DNA of 64,000 bases, from assembly GCA_039818205.1 (NCBI GenBank), contig JBCBUK010000018.1:13267-77266 (forward strand). The letters are read 5' to 3'. The notes under the pieces are model-generated. The model was given only the letters and a program-made list of their open reading frames with translations, made no database searches and had not been told where the DNA came from. The translations under genes were made by a program, and so were the position numbers. This DNA comes from Verrucomicrobiota bacterium (lineage in GTDB: Bacteria; Verrucomicrobiota; Verrucomicrobiia; Opitutales; Cerasicoccaceae). Positions 39,190 to 49,774 of the stretch are shown here, piece by piece (the first letter of the stretch is position 1; each line of letters opens with the position of its first letter).

Positions 39190-40343
39190 CCGTTGATGAG
39201 CTCGATCCCCTCGCGCTTGTAGGCTGCTTTCATCTCTTTGAAAAGTGCTTCATACGAGCGGCCACCAAGCAAAAATTTTCGCGCTTCGGACTCGCTGATA
39301 CCACTTTCGATCTCGCGGCAATACTTGTAAATACGGCGGCCCTTGCCTTCGCCATCGTGGTGCAAGAAGTAGTTAACCAGAAGGAACGCGGATATGTAAT
39401 AGCGTCCCAAATCACCTTGATTCGAAACAAAGTTTTGGTTCCACTCTTGGAGAGTCATCGCCATTAGCTTCTCCAGCGGAACCAGGTGGAAACTTTCTTT
39501 GACGTAGCTACGCCTGAAAACAAACTCTTCAACGTCCCGTTTATCGAAGCGAAACACACTTCGTTCGAGCGGAACACTCTCCATGTAGACCGCCATTCCC
39601 TCCGTAAGCCAAGGCCGCAGCTGCGCGAGCCAATCATGGTGAACCTGATGGGTAATCTCATGAATCAAAGTCGCGCTATCTTGGGATCGATCCAACGTGT
39701 AACCGCTAGATGATTTCTCGACACCCAGGCTGGTAAGCGGTGTCAAAATCTCGCGCTTGGATGGACGATAGGTTCCACCCGAGTTGATAATTCCTCCGGC
39801 CTTATAGTAGTCTTCCGTCGTTTCGAACAAACGGGTTACGTAGTGACCACCTACGGGCTCAGGATTCCACTCGAGAGGGAATGCTTTCATTGCGGCATAA
39901 GTCGCTTCAAATATTTTCCCAAACTCCCGAACCACTTTGCGGGCCAGCTTAACGTCCGAACGGAACTCGAAGTTGGGCGTCCGATAAATGTATTCCTTTC
40001 GCTGATTATCCTCCCGAATCACTATGACATCATAATTATCAGGCAGGCCAACCCGTCGTGGCCACTCAAGGCCAGTAAACGGCTTCCGGGGTTCCGGGGG
40101 CGGAACATCCAACCAATCATCCGATACGGTTTCGAGGTATTCCTGGTCTTCCGAGCTCAAGCGTTTGATCGGAAGGGTAAAAACCTGACCATCTTCCAAG
40201 CGGCGAATCTGAATTTCCTCACTTTGAAAGCCGATCAATTCGGCATCCACTGTTCTTCCGGATTGATCAGTCCAGGTTCGAACTTCGCCTTGAAGAACTG
40301 ACACGATCAAAAAAGGTATTAAAAATAAAAAAGATCTAATCAC
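39183..40343 (-). CDS. Secreted SHD1-domain zinc metallopeptidase-like protein (gluzincin, DUF1570-like)
   Basis: Signal peptide; RTWTDQSG...[12 protein letters not shown]1-like domain; HEITH plus WLTEGMA. Confidence 0.78.
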   Translation of the reverse strand: MIRSFLFLIPFLIVSVLQGEVRTWTDQSGRTVDAELIGFQSEEIQIRRLEDGQVFTLPIKRLSSEDQEYLETVSDDWLDVPPPEPRKPFTGLEWPRRVGLPDNYDVIVIREDNQRKEYIYRTPNFEFRSDVKLARKVVREFGKIFEATYAAMKAFPLEWNPEPVGGHYVTRLFETTEDYYKAGGIINSGGTYRPSKREILTPLTSLGVEKSSSGYTLDRSQDSATLIHEITHQVHHDWLAQLRPWLTEGMAVYMESVPLERSVFRFDKRDVEEFVFRRSYVKESFHLVPLEKLMAMTLQEWNQNFVSNQGDLGRYYISAFLLVNYFLHHDGEGKGRRIYKYCREIESGISESEARKFLLGGRSYEALFKEMKAAYKREGIELINGY

Positions 40344-40521
40344 TAACGCAGTCTGTTTCGGGATGGGGAGTCAACCGTGCGGAGCGTGCTGGCAACCAGC
40401 ATCAACGACCCGGCAAAGTACATCGAGAGCAAGATTTCGCAAAAATATTTATAGCTTGAACGGATTAAATGGTAAACGATTAACCAAAAGCGTTCCCTCA
40501 CTTTTCAATAAATTTTCATCA

Positions 40522-40962
40522 ATGTCCGCATTCTTCAGTCAAATTCAAAACGGAATTTCTACGGCCTCCGCCGAAGAGACCGAGGCAATCGCGGCTGAAC
40601 TAAGCACTCACCTACCGGAGGACCAAGTCCTCGCGCTTCACGGCGATCTAGGAGCTGGTAAAAGCACCTTCGTACGCGGGCTTGCTAAGGCCTGGGGCAT
40701 CAATCGACCGATCACAAGCCCGACCTACAATCTGATGAATGTATACCAGGGGTCTCGCCAGTTGATCCACGTTGACGCCTACCGATTGGAAGACCCGACG
40801 GAAGCCGACGCGTTACTCATAGAAGACCTTCTCCGGGCTCCATGGTGCCTGGCAATTGAATGGCCGGAAAAAATGCCATCCTATTGGATGAAAAATGCCT
40901 GGCATGTGGCGCTGGCGATTGATCACCACCACCACTCAATCCAGCTTAATTTACCGAGCTAG
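40522..40962 (+). CDS. tsaE: tRNA threonylcarbamoyladenosine biosynthesis ATPase TsaE
   Basis: [24 protein letters not shown]. Confidence 0.93.
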   Translation: MSAFFSQIQNGISTASAEETEAIAAELSTHLPEDQVLALHGDLGAGKSTFVRGLAKAWGINRPITSPTYNLMNVYQGSRQLIHVDAYRLEDPTEADALLIEDLLRAPWCLAIEWPEKMPSYWMKNAWHVALAIDHHHHSIQLNLPS

Positions 40963-42926
40963 GTAGAAGTCCGAGTTGGCTCTTCGGACGGTGCTTCCGA
41001 AAGCTCGGCCTTAGGCTCCTCAGCAACCGGTTCTTCGGCCGTCGCCGTGGCATCTGAAGCGTTCGCATCTGCGGCTGGGGCCTCTGTTTCCGCACCTGGC
41101 GCCTCAGCGGCTGCTTCGGCCTCAGGAGCTGGTGTTTCGGCTGGTGCCTCTGGAGATGCAGGCGATTCAGCGGCCGGTTGCGGTTCTGGCGTTTCGGGCT
41201 TCTTTGCGGAACGCGCCTCCTCCATCGGAGCGGGAGCGAACAAACGACCATCACCAAACTCAGTTACATAACCCTCAGTCACCAACCAGCGTAGATCAAA
41301 CATCATCTGGCGAAGTTGCGGATCGTCTAGCCCCTCAGTCGCACCCTTTGGCTGCTCGGCTTCAACCGGTGCAGTCTCCTTAGCTGCCTCCTCGGCAACT
41401 GGGGCCGCGGTTTCAGCTTCAGATATCGACGTAGGCTCAGCTGCGGATACTTCGGCCGGTGCCTCAGTCGCTGCGGGCTCTTCGGTGGATGTGGCCTCAG
41501 CAGCGGGCGCTGGCTCTTCAGAAGATTCAGCACCTTCGGCAGCAGCCTTTGCCTTCTCGGCACGGCGTTGCTCGTGCGCTTCGACAATCTTGGCGGCCTC
41601 TTCTTCCGGCACGGCCTCAATGTCTGGCGCTTTCTCCTGGGGAGTTTCGGCGATTGGCTTTGATTTTACATCAATCCCCAAATACTGCTCCGGCAGCTCG
41701 CCGACATTGATATTCGGGTGCTTTTCGATAAAATCAATGAGCTCCTGCAGCGATTCCGCAAGGCGGGTCTGCGGCGTCCGAAATTTGCGCTTAACGGCAC
41801 ACACGTAGGAAGCGCCCTTCGACCCACGCTTATAGATCGTGAAGTGCATGCGGCGCAATCGGCCACGCAGGTTATTTGCCGTATCAAGTGGGAAATGCTG
41901 CTGCTGTTCGCGCCAACCAGTGATCGAGCTACGAATTTGACCAGAAGGAAGCGACTCGAGCTGCTTGCCCGAGAATCGCGCCTGATTGGTCGTCCGAACG
42001 ATCTCTGCCCGCCGGTTGTTCACCAAATAGAACTTCAACGACTCCAATGTATCGAATGACTCGCCTTCATCTCCCTCGCTCGCCCCTTTCAGGCGGTAGC
42101 GAGTGACTTTGCGCATCTTTTCGATCCACTGTTGAACCACTTCCTCGTCCCGAATCGATTCGATGCGGGCTTGGTATTTCTCCATTGGCATGTTCGGCGC
42201 ATGGATCGCATGGCTCTCCTGCAAAATCGCCTGGTAGCGGTGATAATTTGGCGGCCCAAGAAGCTCACCACTCACGCCACATTTGTTGACCGACGGGAAG
42301 TTACCCGATGGCGGCTCGACCTCGACCTCCTCAGTTTCCGCAAATAGAGACAGGTGGGTTTTCAGCACATGGGCGACCGCTTGATCTTCCGACCCAAACG
42401 GTAGGCCATCCGGGACGCTGAGGAAAAATTCTTGAGGACCCTCATTTTGTTTCGGGTGCAAAACCACCACGAAACGGTCTGGTTTCTCCAAAATCAGCCG
42501 GGCAATTTCGAAGAGCTCGTAAGTTCGGCAATTGCCGCGCATCGCGTGACAAAGGGCCTTGAAGGGTGCGTCCTCCGGATAAAATGCTACCTCGACTACG
42601 GGACGGAACGGCTGCGGCGGACCCGTGCGACGTTCACCGCGTTGTCCTCCACGACGCTCACCACGCTGACCACCGCCGCGGCGGCGTTCGTCACCTCCAC
42701 CATGGGGTCCATCGGACCGCGGGCCATCGAACCGCTTAGCGGGCCGATCGGGGCGACGGTCTCGCTGAGGCTTTCTGCCGCCTCCTGAGCGAGAAGGTTT
42801 TGATTTGCGTGCTTCGGCGGAACGCGCCGAGTCACTCCAATCAGGGCCGAAAGATAGGTCCTGAAGTTGGCTAAGGTCGAGGGACAGTGAGTCCTCGGAT
42901 TTTGACTTGTCAGTTGAGTCGGACAT
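40959..42926 (-). CDS. Hypothetical protein with RG-rich N-terminal and acidic Ala/Glu/Pro-rich disordered regions
   Basis: 655-aa ORF; globular-looking core flanked by low-complexity segments. Confidence 0.8.
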   Translation of the reverse strand: MSDSTDKSKSEDSLSLDLSQLQDLSFGPDWSDSARSAEARKSKPSRSGGGRKPQRDRRPDRPAKRFDGPRSDGPHGGGDERRRGGGQRGERRGGQRGERRTGPPQPFRPVVEVAFYPEDAPFKALCHAMRGNCRTYELFEIARLILEKPDRFVVVLHPKQNEGPQEFFLSVPDGLPFGSEDQAVAHVLKTHLSLFAETEEVEVEPPSGNFPSVNKCGVSGELLGPPNYHRYQAILQESHAIHAPNMPMEKYQARIESIRDEEVVQQWIEKMRKVTRYRLKGASEGDEGESFDTLESLKFYLVNNRRAEIVRTTNQARFSGKQLESLPSGQIRSSITGWREQQQHFPLDTANNLRGRLRRMHFTIYKRGSKGASYVCAVKRKFRTPQTRLAESLQELIDFIEKHPNINVGELPEQYLGIDVKSKPIAETPQEKAPDIEAVPEEEAAKIVEAHEQRRAEKAKAAAEGAESSEEPAPAAEATSTEEPAATEAPAEVSAAEPTSISEAETAAPVAEEAAKETAPVEAEQPKGATEGLDDPQLRQMMFDLRWLVTEGYVTEFGDGRLFAPAPMEEARSAKKPETPEPQPAAESPASPEAPAETPAPEAEAAAEAPGAETEAPAADANASDATATAEEPVAEEPKAELSEAPSEEPTRTST

Positions 42927-43161
42927 GCGTAGCGGCAGCCGGGATTAGATTGATAATCTGTCTTTGTTAGACGGGGTAATGGAGAATGGCCAATAAAAAA
43001 GCGGGTTTCATGCCGGATTATGAAAATACTTTTACCAGTTATGATTCGCGAATAACCGCGATCAATCAAGGATGAAAGCGCCCTTGCCGAAAAGGAAAAA
43101 TTCTTTCATTTTGGAGTTGAACTGGCGACGCGAAACGGTTTGCTAATTCGTTTTCCTAAAT

Positions 43162-43247
43162 GCTCAGGTGGTGGAATTGGTAGACACGCTATCTTGAGGG
43201 GGTAGTGTCCTATGGACGTGCGGGTTCGAGTCCCGCCCTGAGCACCA
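43162..43247 (+). tRNA. tRNA-Leu (GAG)
   Basis: Acceptor GCTCAGG/CCTGAGC, D-arm GGAATTGGTAGAC, anticodon arm CTATC-TTGAGGG-GGTAG, long variable arm, T-arm GCGGG-TTCGAGT-CCCGC, encoded CCA. Confidence 0.97.
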
Positions 43248-43481
43248 TGAAATTTCATTTGCACGATAGAAGTCCGGGCTCTCAGTACGCCGTAGTTTCA
43301 GGTGCCAAGAGATTTTCTCCGACCTGACTCTGCTTCAACAAAGATGCAGAGTTCATTCCAATGAGTCCTGGCCAATGCCAATCGGAGCAGTTTCTTCGAT
43401 CCAACCATGCTGGAGCCTGACTGTCACTGGGAGAATGGGGTTGCCATCACAAAAGCATGCTCGAGAATGTAGACCTAATTC

Positions 43482-44057
43482 ATGCCCACTCAGGAAACAG
43501 AAGGTCTACTTTCTCCATGGATTGCTTCCATCCGCTTGCGGGCGGCTGCGGATCAAATCACCCAAGGGTCGGTTGTGCTGGATCTCGCATGCGGATCTGG
43601 GCGACTGCGTGAGTTTCTAAAAGCGGACTGCACCTATTTGGGCGTCGACCGGCAGCCACCACCGTCCGAGGCCGCATCGATGGAATTTTTGAATCAGGAT
43701 CTGAGTCAAGCTGACGCGTTTGAGCGCATTCAGGAATGGCTCCCTCATCCGCCAACCGTGGTCACAATGTTGGCCTTTATTGAACACGTGACGGAACCAA
43801 TCCATTTCCTTAAGGCCGCCAAAGGATTGTTGCCCAAGGGTGGAAGCGTAATTTTGACCACTCCCCACCCGATTGGACGCAAACTACATGACAGCCTGGC
43901 ATCAGTCTACCTGTGCAGTCGATCTGGTGCGGCGGAGCACGAGGACTTCCTGGATGAGAACGACCTGCGAACTCTGGCCGAAGATGCGGGATTTGCGGAC
44001 ATCAGCTATCAGCGATTCCTCGGGGGGCTGAACCAATTGGCCGTCTTGCGGGCATGA
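43482..44057 (+). CDS. Class I SAM-dependent methyltransferase
   Basis: VLDLACGSG, YLGVD, FIEHV, LPKGGSVILTTP. Confidence 0.88.
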   Translation: MPTQETEGLLSPWIASIRLRAAADQITQGSVVLDLACGSGRLREFLKADCTYLGVDRQPPPSEAASMEFLNQDLSQADAFERIQEWLPHPPTVVTMLAFIEHVTEPIHFLKAAKGLLPKGGSVILTTPHPIGRKLHDSLASVYLCSRSGAAEHEDFLDENDLRTLAEDAGFADISYQRFLGGLNQLAVLRA

Positions 44058-46435
44058 TGACCGAAGCATCCGGAACGATTTTTCCGATGGCTTTGTCTTG
44101 GATACATGCGGCACTCAACATCGCCCTAGCGATTGCGGGCAGCAAACTGCTCCTCGACCGGATGCAAGCTCCAAGCCTGCCTCCAAGCAATGCCGCCAAG
44201 CTCAGCGCATGGTTCATTTTGCTGATTGGCCAGGTCCACTTGATCGGGGTTCTGCTAGGATACCTTGGATTGCTCACGCCCTGGAGTTTCACCCTGGTAC
44301 AGCTTCTTTTCACGGGCTGCCTATTCGCCCTCCGGGACAAGTCCCGACTAACAGAATGGACACCGCGAGAGGACAAATCGCAATCACGCTTGGATGACTA
44401 TGCAGCGTTGTTCCTCTTTGGATTGGCTGTCATTCTCTTGATCACCGGTTTATTCTTGAGCCCGGCCGATTTTGACTCGGTTGGTTACCGCTTAGGCCGT
44501 ATCGGCCAATGGTTGCAGAACGGAGACATCTACCAAGCTCCCACGACTGACCCACGCATGAACTATCTGGGGGTCAACGGCGATATGCTCATGCTCTGGT
44601 TGACGAGCCCATTCCCATCAGGATACCCGCTGACGAACCTTCCGCAATGGGCCGGAGGAGTTGCGCTCGCCTTGGCGTGTTGGGCGTTGATGGAGGCAAT
44701 GGGTTTTTCCCGCACTACCCGCCTTTGCATGCTCGCTTTGTATGCCAGCATGCCAGTCGTCATTGGTCAGATGATGACACCGCAAGTCGACCTTTTGTTT
44801 GCTGGCATCATGATATCGGGACTGCTCTGGCTGTATCTCAGCCTCCGCAGCGGTGCCTCGCCGTGGATTGCGTGGGTCGCGATTGCCATGGCAATTGGAA
44901 CCAAGGGCACTGCATTCTACATGGGACCGGGACTGCTCGCTCTCGGTTTGATTTGGTTGTGGAAATTCAAGCCCAGCCAAAAAACAGTCATTGGAAATAC
45001 AGTTGCCGCAAGTGTTTGCCTGCTCGCATTCGCGGCTCCCCGGCATATTGAAAACTACATTAACTTTGGAAACCCGCTTGCCCCCGAAAAAGAGATCGTG
45101 CGATTACACGGCACCAACCACAACGGTTTCGCTTGGGACAAGTTGTGGGTAAACGGTGTATCGTACAACCTAGAACTCCTGTCCCCCTATTCCAACCCTC
45201 CCCTTGTTGCCGACTTTTCTGAGATTGCACTCGATGCCCTGGGTCGCGGGCTACTGCCGGAGTCTGATCCGTACGCACTTGGAAAAGATCGCCGCGGCTA
45301 CTATCTAAGTCATGTCGGTGGCATAGGTTCATTCGAAAATTCACTACAAGGTTCATGTGGACTGGTTCCCGTCCTGCTTGCGTTACTCGGCGCCATTCTA
45401 TTCGCATTCCGCCGACATCGAAGCCGACTTTCCAATGATAGCTCGTGGATCCTTATTGGCCTGACCCTTGCATTCGCCTCACTGGCGATCCTGCTATCTG
45501 GCTTTTACAATTGGAGCCCCTACAAGTTTCGCTATTTCCTGCCGGGAGTGCCGGTGATTCTTCTCCTCGCGGGTGTCGCTATTCAGCAACTCAACCCAAG
45601 AAAGCAGAAAATCGCGCTAATAAGCCTTTCGTTTTTCGCGCTCGTTTCGTTCGGAAAGCAATACACTAATGGCACAACGACCGGCTGGCGCGGTTTGACG
45701 AAATCGGATCCCACGATTGTGACTAAGACAATGGAAAAGCAGGGGCAGATGCTTAGCGAAGAAGTCGAGGCTGGCAGCAAGCTTGCCATTTGCCTGTCCT
45801 ACTACTCGCCTTTGAGTCCATTTTTCCGAAACGGGCTTTCACTCCAAACCGTAATCATCCCGGAGAACGATCTATCAGGCATGGATTCTCCGGCAGACTT
45901 TTTTGAAGCAACCAACTACGATTATCTGATCACGCATCCGTCGACGTTTGCCGAGCATGACAGCTCAATTTTTACGCGAGCATCGCTTCACTTACCTGAA
46001 TATCCGAAATTCAACTTTGTCCTGTACCGGAAGCAAGACGCTGGCGAGGCAACCAATGGTTACATCAAGCGCATTGAACAAGCCCCCAATCCGAATGCGC
46101 TATCGACGGCTCTCGTGATTCACCTTCAAAGATCCGGAGCTGAACCGATCCAGTTCGCGTTTCGCAATCTCGACCGCGCTCCGCTAAGCATTCAATTGAG
46201 GGCATCACCCTCAGGAGAAACACAAAGCCTAATTGTCAGTCCGCAGCAGCAGGTGTCTATTGAGTTTACTCAACCTAGCACCCAACAAATTGCGGTACTC
46301 GTTCAGAAAACTACCGGAGCCACCAATGAAAACCGTTCCGCACCACCAAGGTATCAATTTTCATTGCCCAACCTGACACTCCCACTCGGCCATGACGATC
46401 CCTGGATCAACTCACCTAACGTCGCCGGGGATTGA
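44054..46435 (+). CDS. Multi-pass GT-C-like (ArnT/PMT-type) membrane glycosyltransferase
   Basis: More than 12 TM helices, loop PADFDSVGYRL, AIGTKG, NFGNPL, RYFLP; C-terminal soluble domain; 4-bp overlap with the methyltransferase. Confidence 0.65.
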   Translation: MMTEASGTIFPMALSWIHAALNIALAIAGSKLLLDRMQAPSLPPSNAAKLSAWFILLIGQVHLIGVLLGYLGLLTPWSFTLVQLLFTGCLFALRDKSRLTEWTPREDKSQSRLDDYAALFLFGLAVILLITGLFLSPADFDSVGYRLGRIGQWLQNGDIYQAPTTDPRMNYLGVNGDMLMLWLTSPFPSGYPLTNLPQWAGGVALALACWALMEAMGFSRTTRLCMLALYASMPVVIGQMMTPQVDLLFAGIMISGLLWLYLSLRSGASPWIAWVAIAMAIGTKGTAFYMGPGLLALGLIWLWKFKPSQKTVIGNTVAASVCLLAFAAPRHIENYINFGNPLAPEKEIVRLHGTNHNGFAWDKLWVNGVSYNLELLSPYSNPPLVADFSEIALDALGRGLLPESDPYALGKDRRGYYLSHVGGIGSFENSLQGSCGLVPVLLALLGAILFAFRRHRSRLSNDSSWILIGLTLAFASLAILLSGFYNWSPYKFRYFLPGVPVILLLAGVAIQQLNPRKQKIALISLSFFALVSFGKQYTNGTTTGWRGLTKSDPTIVTKTMEKQGQMLSEEVEAGSKLAICLSYYSPLSPFFRNGLSLQTVIIPENDLSGMDSPADFFEATNYDYLITHPSTFAEHDSSIFTRASLHLPEYPKFNFVLYRKQDAGEATNGYIKRIEQAPNPNALSTALVIHLQRSGAEPIQFAFRNLDRAPLSIQLRASPSGETQSLIVSPQQQVSIEFTQPSTQQIAVLVQKTTGATNENRSAPPRYQFSLPNLTLPLGHDDPWINSPNVAGD

Positions 46436-46832
46436 ATATAAGGCGATCGTAGACGATAAATTTGACGACAAAGGCAACAACCTGAACGACCACCGCGGAA
46501 AGCAGATAATAGACGCCAAGACCGTCGACCAAAATCGCGAAACTGATCCATTCCGCTCCGCGAAATAAAAAACTTGCACTGAGAAATGGTATAAACTGAC
46601 GACTCCAAGAGACGTCCTTAACGCGTTCTGGATAGACCCAATAGCGAACCAGGTGGAAATTCGTCAGAAAAACGATTACCAAGGATATGGCGTATGCCAA
46701 GATGGGCGAAAGTCTCAAGCCCTGAACCAATCCATAAGTCAGAACTAAATTCAAAGAAAAGCTAAGGCCGGACACGACAAGGTAGCGCATTTTTGCACCG
46801 CCTAGGAATCCATTCAGCTTCATAGTTATCAA
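46416..46832 (-). CDS. GtrA family protein (polyprenyl-P-sugar flippase)
   Basis: Small 4-TM protein; RYLVVSG, NFHLVRYWVY, FIVYDRLIF pattern. Confidence 0.8.
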   Translation of the reverse strand: MITMKLNGFLGGAKMRYLVVSGLSFSLNLVLTYGLVQGLRLSPILAYAISLVIVFLTNFHLVRYWVYPERVKDVSWSRQFIPFLSASFLFRGAEWISFAILVDGLGVYYLLSAVVVQVVAFVVKFIVYDRLIFNPRRR

Positions 46833-47006
46833 GGTGGATGCCTTTGCATAATGGCGTCAAACCAATTGAGCGATGTCGGGATCCTTCCGAAACCAAGGTG
46901 CTTTATGCCTAAACACCAGCGTCATTTGACGGGATCTGAGGCCATAGAGTTCCCCATACGACAGTTGACTGATCGAGCCGAGTCGAGTATTCGTTAATCT
47001 GTTACA

Positions 47007-48380
47007 ATGAATACCTTCCAAAACTTGCTCGACCAAAACATCGCGCGATTTCGGAGTATGATTCCGGATGCAGTGGCGCAACTGAATTGGAATCGGGCAC
47101 AGATTGAGGCCGAGCAGACTCGACGTCTGAGACAAACGCTGGCCCATGCGAAGGAAAATTCGCCGTTTTATGCGGAGCGCCTGCAGGACATCAATCCACA
47201 TAATTTCACCCGGGCCGACCTACCGTCTATTCCCGTCCTGACCAAAGAGGAGGTGATGACGCACTGGGACCAAATAGTCACAGATCCTCGACTAAGTCTT
47301 GCTAAAGCCAACGCCCATTTGGAACGTTTCCGGGAGGGAGAAACCGACAACATCTACTTCCTGGACGAATACTACCTTTGCGCCACAGGCGGTTCATCGG
47401 GGCGACGGGGTTTGTTCCTTTGGGATTCCGAACATTTTGCGACCACCACGGCCATCATGTATCGGATAGATGCACGACGCGACCAACAGCGACCGCCGAC
47501 CCGGCAACGCACAGCCGTCATCTGCGCGGGCTCATACTTGCACGGTAGCCGCATGTTGTTCCCCAATACCGCAGATCCCGAACGGCAGCTGCACATTATA
47601 TCCGCGGGCACGCCCATTCCCGAGATTGTGGAACGCCTAAACACCTTCCAGCCAGATCGACTGGTCAGCTACTCTTCGGTCGTTGAAGAACTCTGCCACA
47701 CCGCGAAAGCCGGCCAGCTACAAATTGCGCTCCAGCAAATCTATGTAAACTCTGAACCCCTATCTGACCTAGCTCGGAGACTGTCCAAAAAAATCTGGGG
47801 GATCGACATCCACAACAGCTGGGGTTCGGTTGAGCTCGGAATTGCCGGGGTCGAGGGTGACCAATTTGAAGGCATCCTACTCGCCGAGGACTACAATGTA
47901 TTTGAAGCCTTTGATGAATCAGGAAAGAGCATCGAAGAAGGACCAGCCGACCACTTGGTCGTCACACGATTATTCAACAAGACCTTCCCGCTCATCCGCT
48001 ATGTAATGACTGACTCGCCAGTCATGGCAAAACCAGGAGCAACGGATGCACCTGGTTACCGGCGTATCCTCGAGCTAAAGGGTCGTTCCGATGTCTGGTT
48101 CGACTATCCCGATGGGCCCCACCTGCACCCGATGGTTTTTCGCGGCATTCTTGGACAGGAAGCGAGTATTATTGAGTATCAGGTCCGTCAGACCTCAAAA
48201 GGAGCCGACGTCGACTTAATCGTTAGTGATGCACCCGACTTAGAGCGTATTCGTAGAAGCCTAGTCGACAAACTCATCGCCAAGGGGCTTAAGCAACCCG
48301 AAGTAGCCATCGCGGTCGTCTCCGAACTCATCCGCCATCCGGAGACCAACAAACTATCACGGTTCGTTGCGCTCAAGTAG
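47007..48380 (+). CDS. Phenylacetate-CoA ligase/CapK-like adenylate-forming enzyme
   Basis: SPFYAE, IPVLTK, TGGSSG P-loop, WGSVE, PLIRY, GRSD. Confidence 0.8.
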   Translation: MNTFQNLLDQNIARFRSMIPDAVAQLNWNRAQIEAEQTRRLRQTLAHAKENSPFYAERLQDINPHNFTRADLPSIPVLTKEEVMTHWDQIVTDPRLSLAKANAHLERFREGETDNIYFLDEYYLCATGGSSGRRGLFLWDSEHFATTTAIMYRIDARRDQQRPPTRQRTAVICAGSYLHGSRMLFPNTADPERQLHIISAGTPIPEIVERLNTFQPDRLVSYSSVVEELCHTAKAGQLQIALQQIYVNSEPLSDLARRLSKKIWGIDIHNSWGSVELGIAGVEGDQFEGILLAEDYNVFEAFDESGKSIEEGPADHLVVTRLFNKTFPLIRYVMTDSPVMAKPGATDAPGYRRILELKGRSDVWFDYPDGPHLHPMVFRGILGQEASIIEYQVRQTSKGADVDLIVSDAPDLERIRRSLVDKLIAKGLKQPEVAIAVVSELIRHPETNKLSRFVALK

Positions 48381-48500
48381 CTGCAAGCAGATGACGCCCA
48401 TCCCGTCTACAACAGCTTTCTCCGAAGAGATACATGGCAAATTCATGCGTGTCCAGAGCGCCCCGCTTGCCAGCTTGTTATAATTTCGGATATACGCTTA

Positions 48501-49718
48501 TCATGAATCAACTGACTTTTCAGCTGACTCGAGCAAACGCATCCGGCGATGTTTTTGCGGGAACTGCAAGGTAACCACGGTGCCCGCATTACGGCGACTA
48601 TCAATCCCGATGTGTCCGCCATGATCCCGCATAATTCGGCGGCATATCATCATTCCCAAACCGTGCCCCGAAGACTTGGTCGTATGGTAAGGCTGGAAAA
48701 TCTTCGATAGGTCTTCTTGCTCAATTCCAACACCGGTATCCGCAAAGAGCAGGTAGACATACTCATCATCGGCACGGCTGGTAATCCGAACTTCTCCCCC
48801 GGCATCCATGGCCTCCATTGCGTTTTTCACGACGTTGAAGAAGACCTGTTTTATCTGATTGCGATCACCCAAAACAGCGGGCACAGCTCCCTCAACCGTA
48901 ACGTCGACCTTGACATTCAGATTCGTAAGTTCATCGGCGAGAAAGTTGAGCACTTCATCAAGAACATCCAACAAAACCACCTCTTGAAGATCCAGAGGCT
49001 GCGGGCGGATCGCCTGGAGAAAATGAGTGATAATGCCATCAAGCCGTTGGACTTCATTGACGCACACATCGAGTGCTTTCTGCATTTTTTTGGAAGCCGC
49101 ATCGTCCGAGAGTTTCCCGACCTGACGCGCCATTAACTGCAGATGGATATTGATCGAGTTCAACGGATTGCCGAGCTCGTGCGCAACGCCCGCAGCGAGA
49201 TCAAAAATACTCGAGAGCTTCTCATCTTGAATTAGTTTTTCCGTAGAGATTTTATCTTCCGTGATATCCGACAAAATCATGGTGAACAGCGGTTGACCAT
49301 CGTTGTCGTCCTGCCCCTCGAATGGCGCCAAATATACACGAACAAAGCGATGTTCCGGGTACGTTATCTCGAGTTCTCGGGCGAGCGCTGCCGGCCGAAC
49401 ACGCCCGCCTGACACGTCGGCGCCGGCTGAAGACAGGTTCATCGTGCGGGCCAAATCAGGAACCGCTTTCCAAACTGGCAGGCTACCGATTTCGGACTCA
49501 TTGAGCCCCAGCAGATCCAGCGCCGAGGCATTGGCGTATTCAACCAAACCACTGCTTCCGACCACCAACACACCCTCGCGGATGGCGTTGAAGACCGTTT
49601 CAAGCAGCTCACGTTCGCGGGCCAAACGCTGAACAAGAATCGTCAGGTTGGTATTATCCAGATCGTCTAAGCGACCCAGAATGCGTTCCAGAGGTGAGGA
49701 TTTTCCACGCGGTGGCAT
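48501..49718 (-). CDS. Cytoplasmic PAS sensor histidine kinase (NtrB/AtoS-like)
   Basis: [33 protein letters not shown]. Confidence 0.9.
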   Translation of the reverse strand: MPPRGKSSPLERILGRLDDLDNTNLTILVQRLARERELLETVFNAIREGVLVVGSSGLVEYANASALDLLGLNESEIGSLPVWKAVPDLARTMNLSSAGADVSGGRVRPAALARELEITYPEHRFVRVYLAPFEGQDDNDGQPLFTMILSDITEDKISTEKLIQDEKLSSIFDLAAGVAHELGNPLNSINIHLQLMARQVGKLSDDAASKKMQKALDVCVNEVQRLDGIITHFLQAIRPQPLDLQEVVLLDVLDEVLNFLADELTNLNVKVDVTVEGAVPAVLGDRNQIKQVFFNVVKNAMEAMDAGGEVRITSRADDEYVYLLFADTGVGIEQEDLSKIFQPYHTTKSSGHGLGMMICRRIMRDHGGHIGIDSRRNAGTVVTLQFPQKHRRMRLLESAEKSVDS

Positions 49719-49774
49719 GATCCCGTTATCGTGAAGACGCACTTCGACGTGGCGAGCAAGAAAAACGCCTCTCT

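Noticed and set aside
43162..48500. Integrative element or prophage at tRNA-Leu
   Set aside because: No integrase, phage or transfer genes, and no duplicated tRNA 3' end spotted by eye
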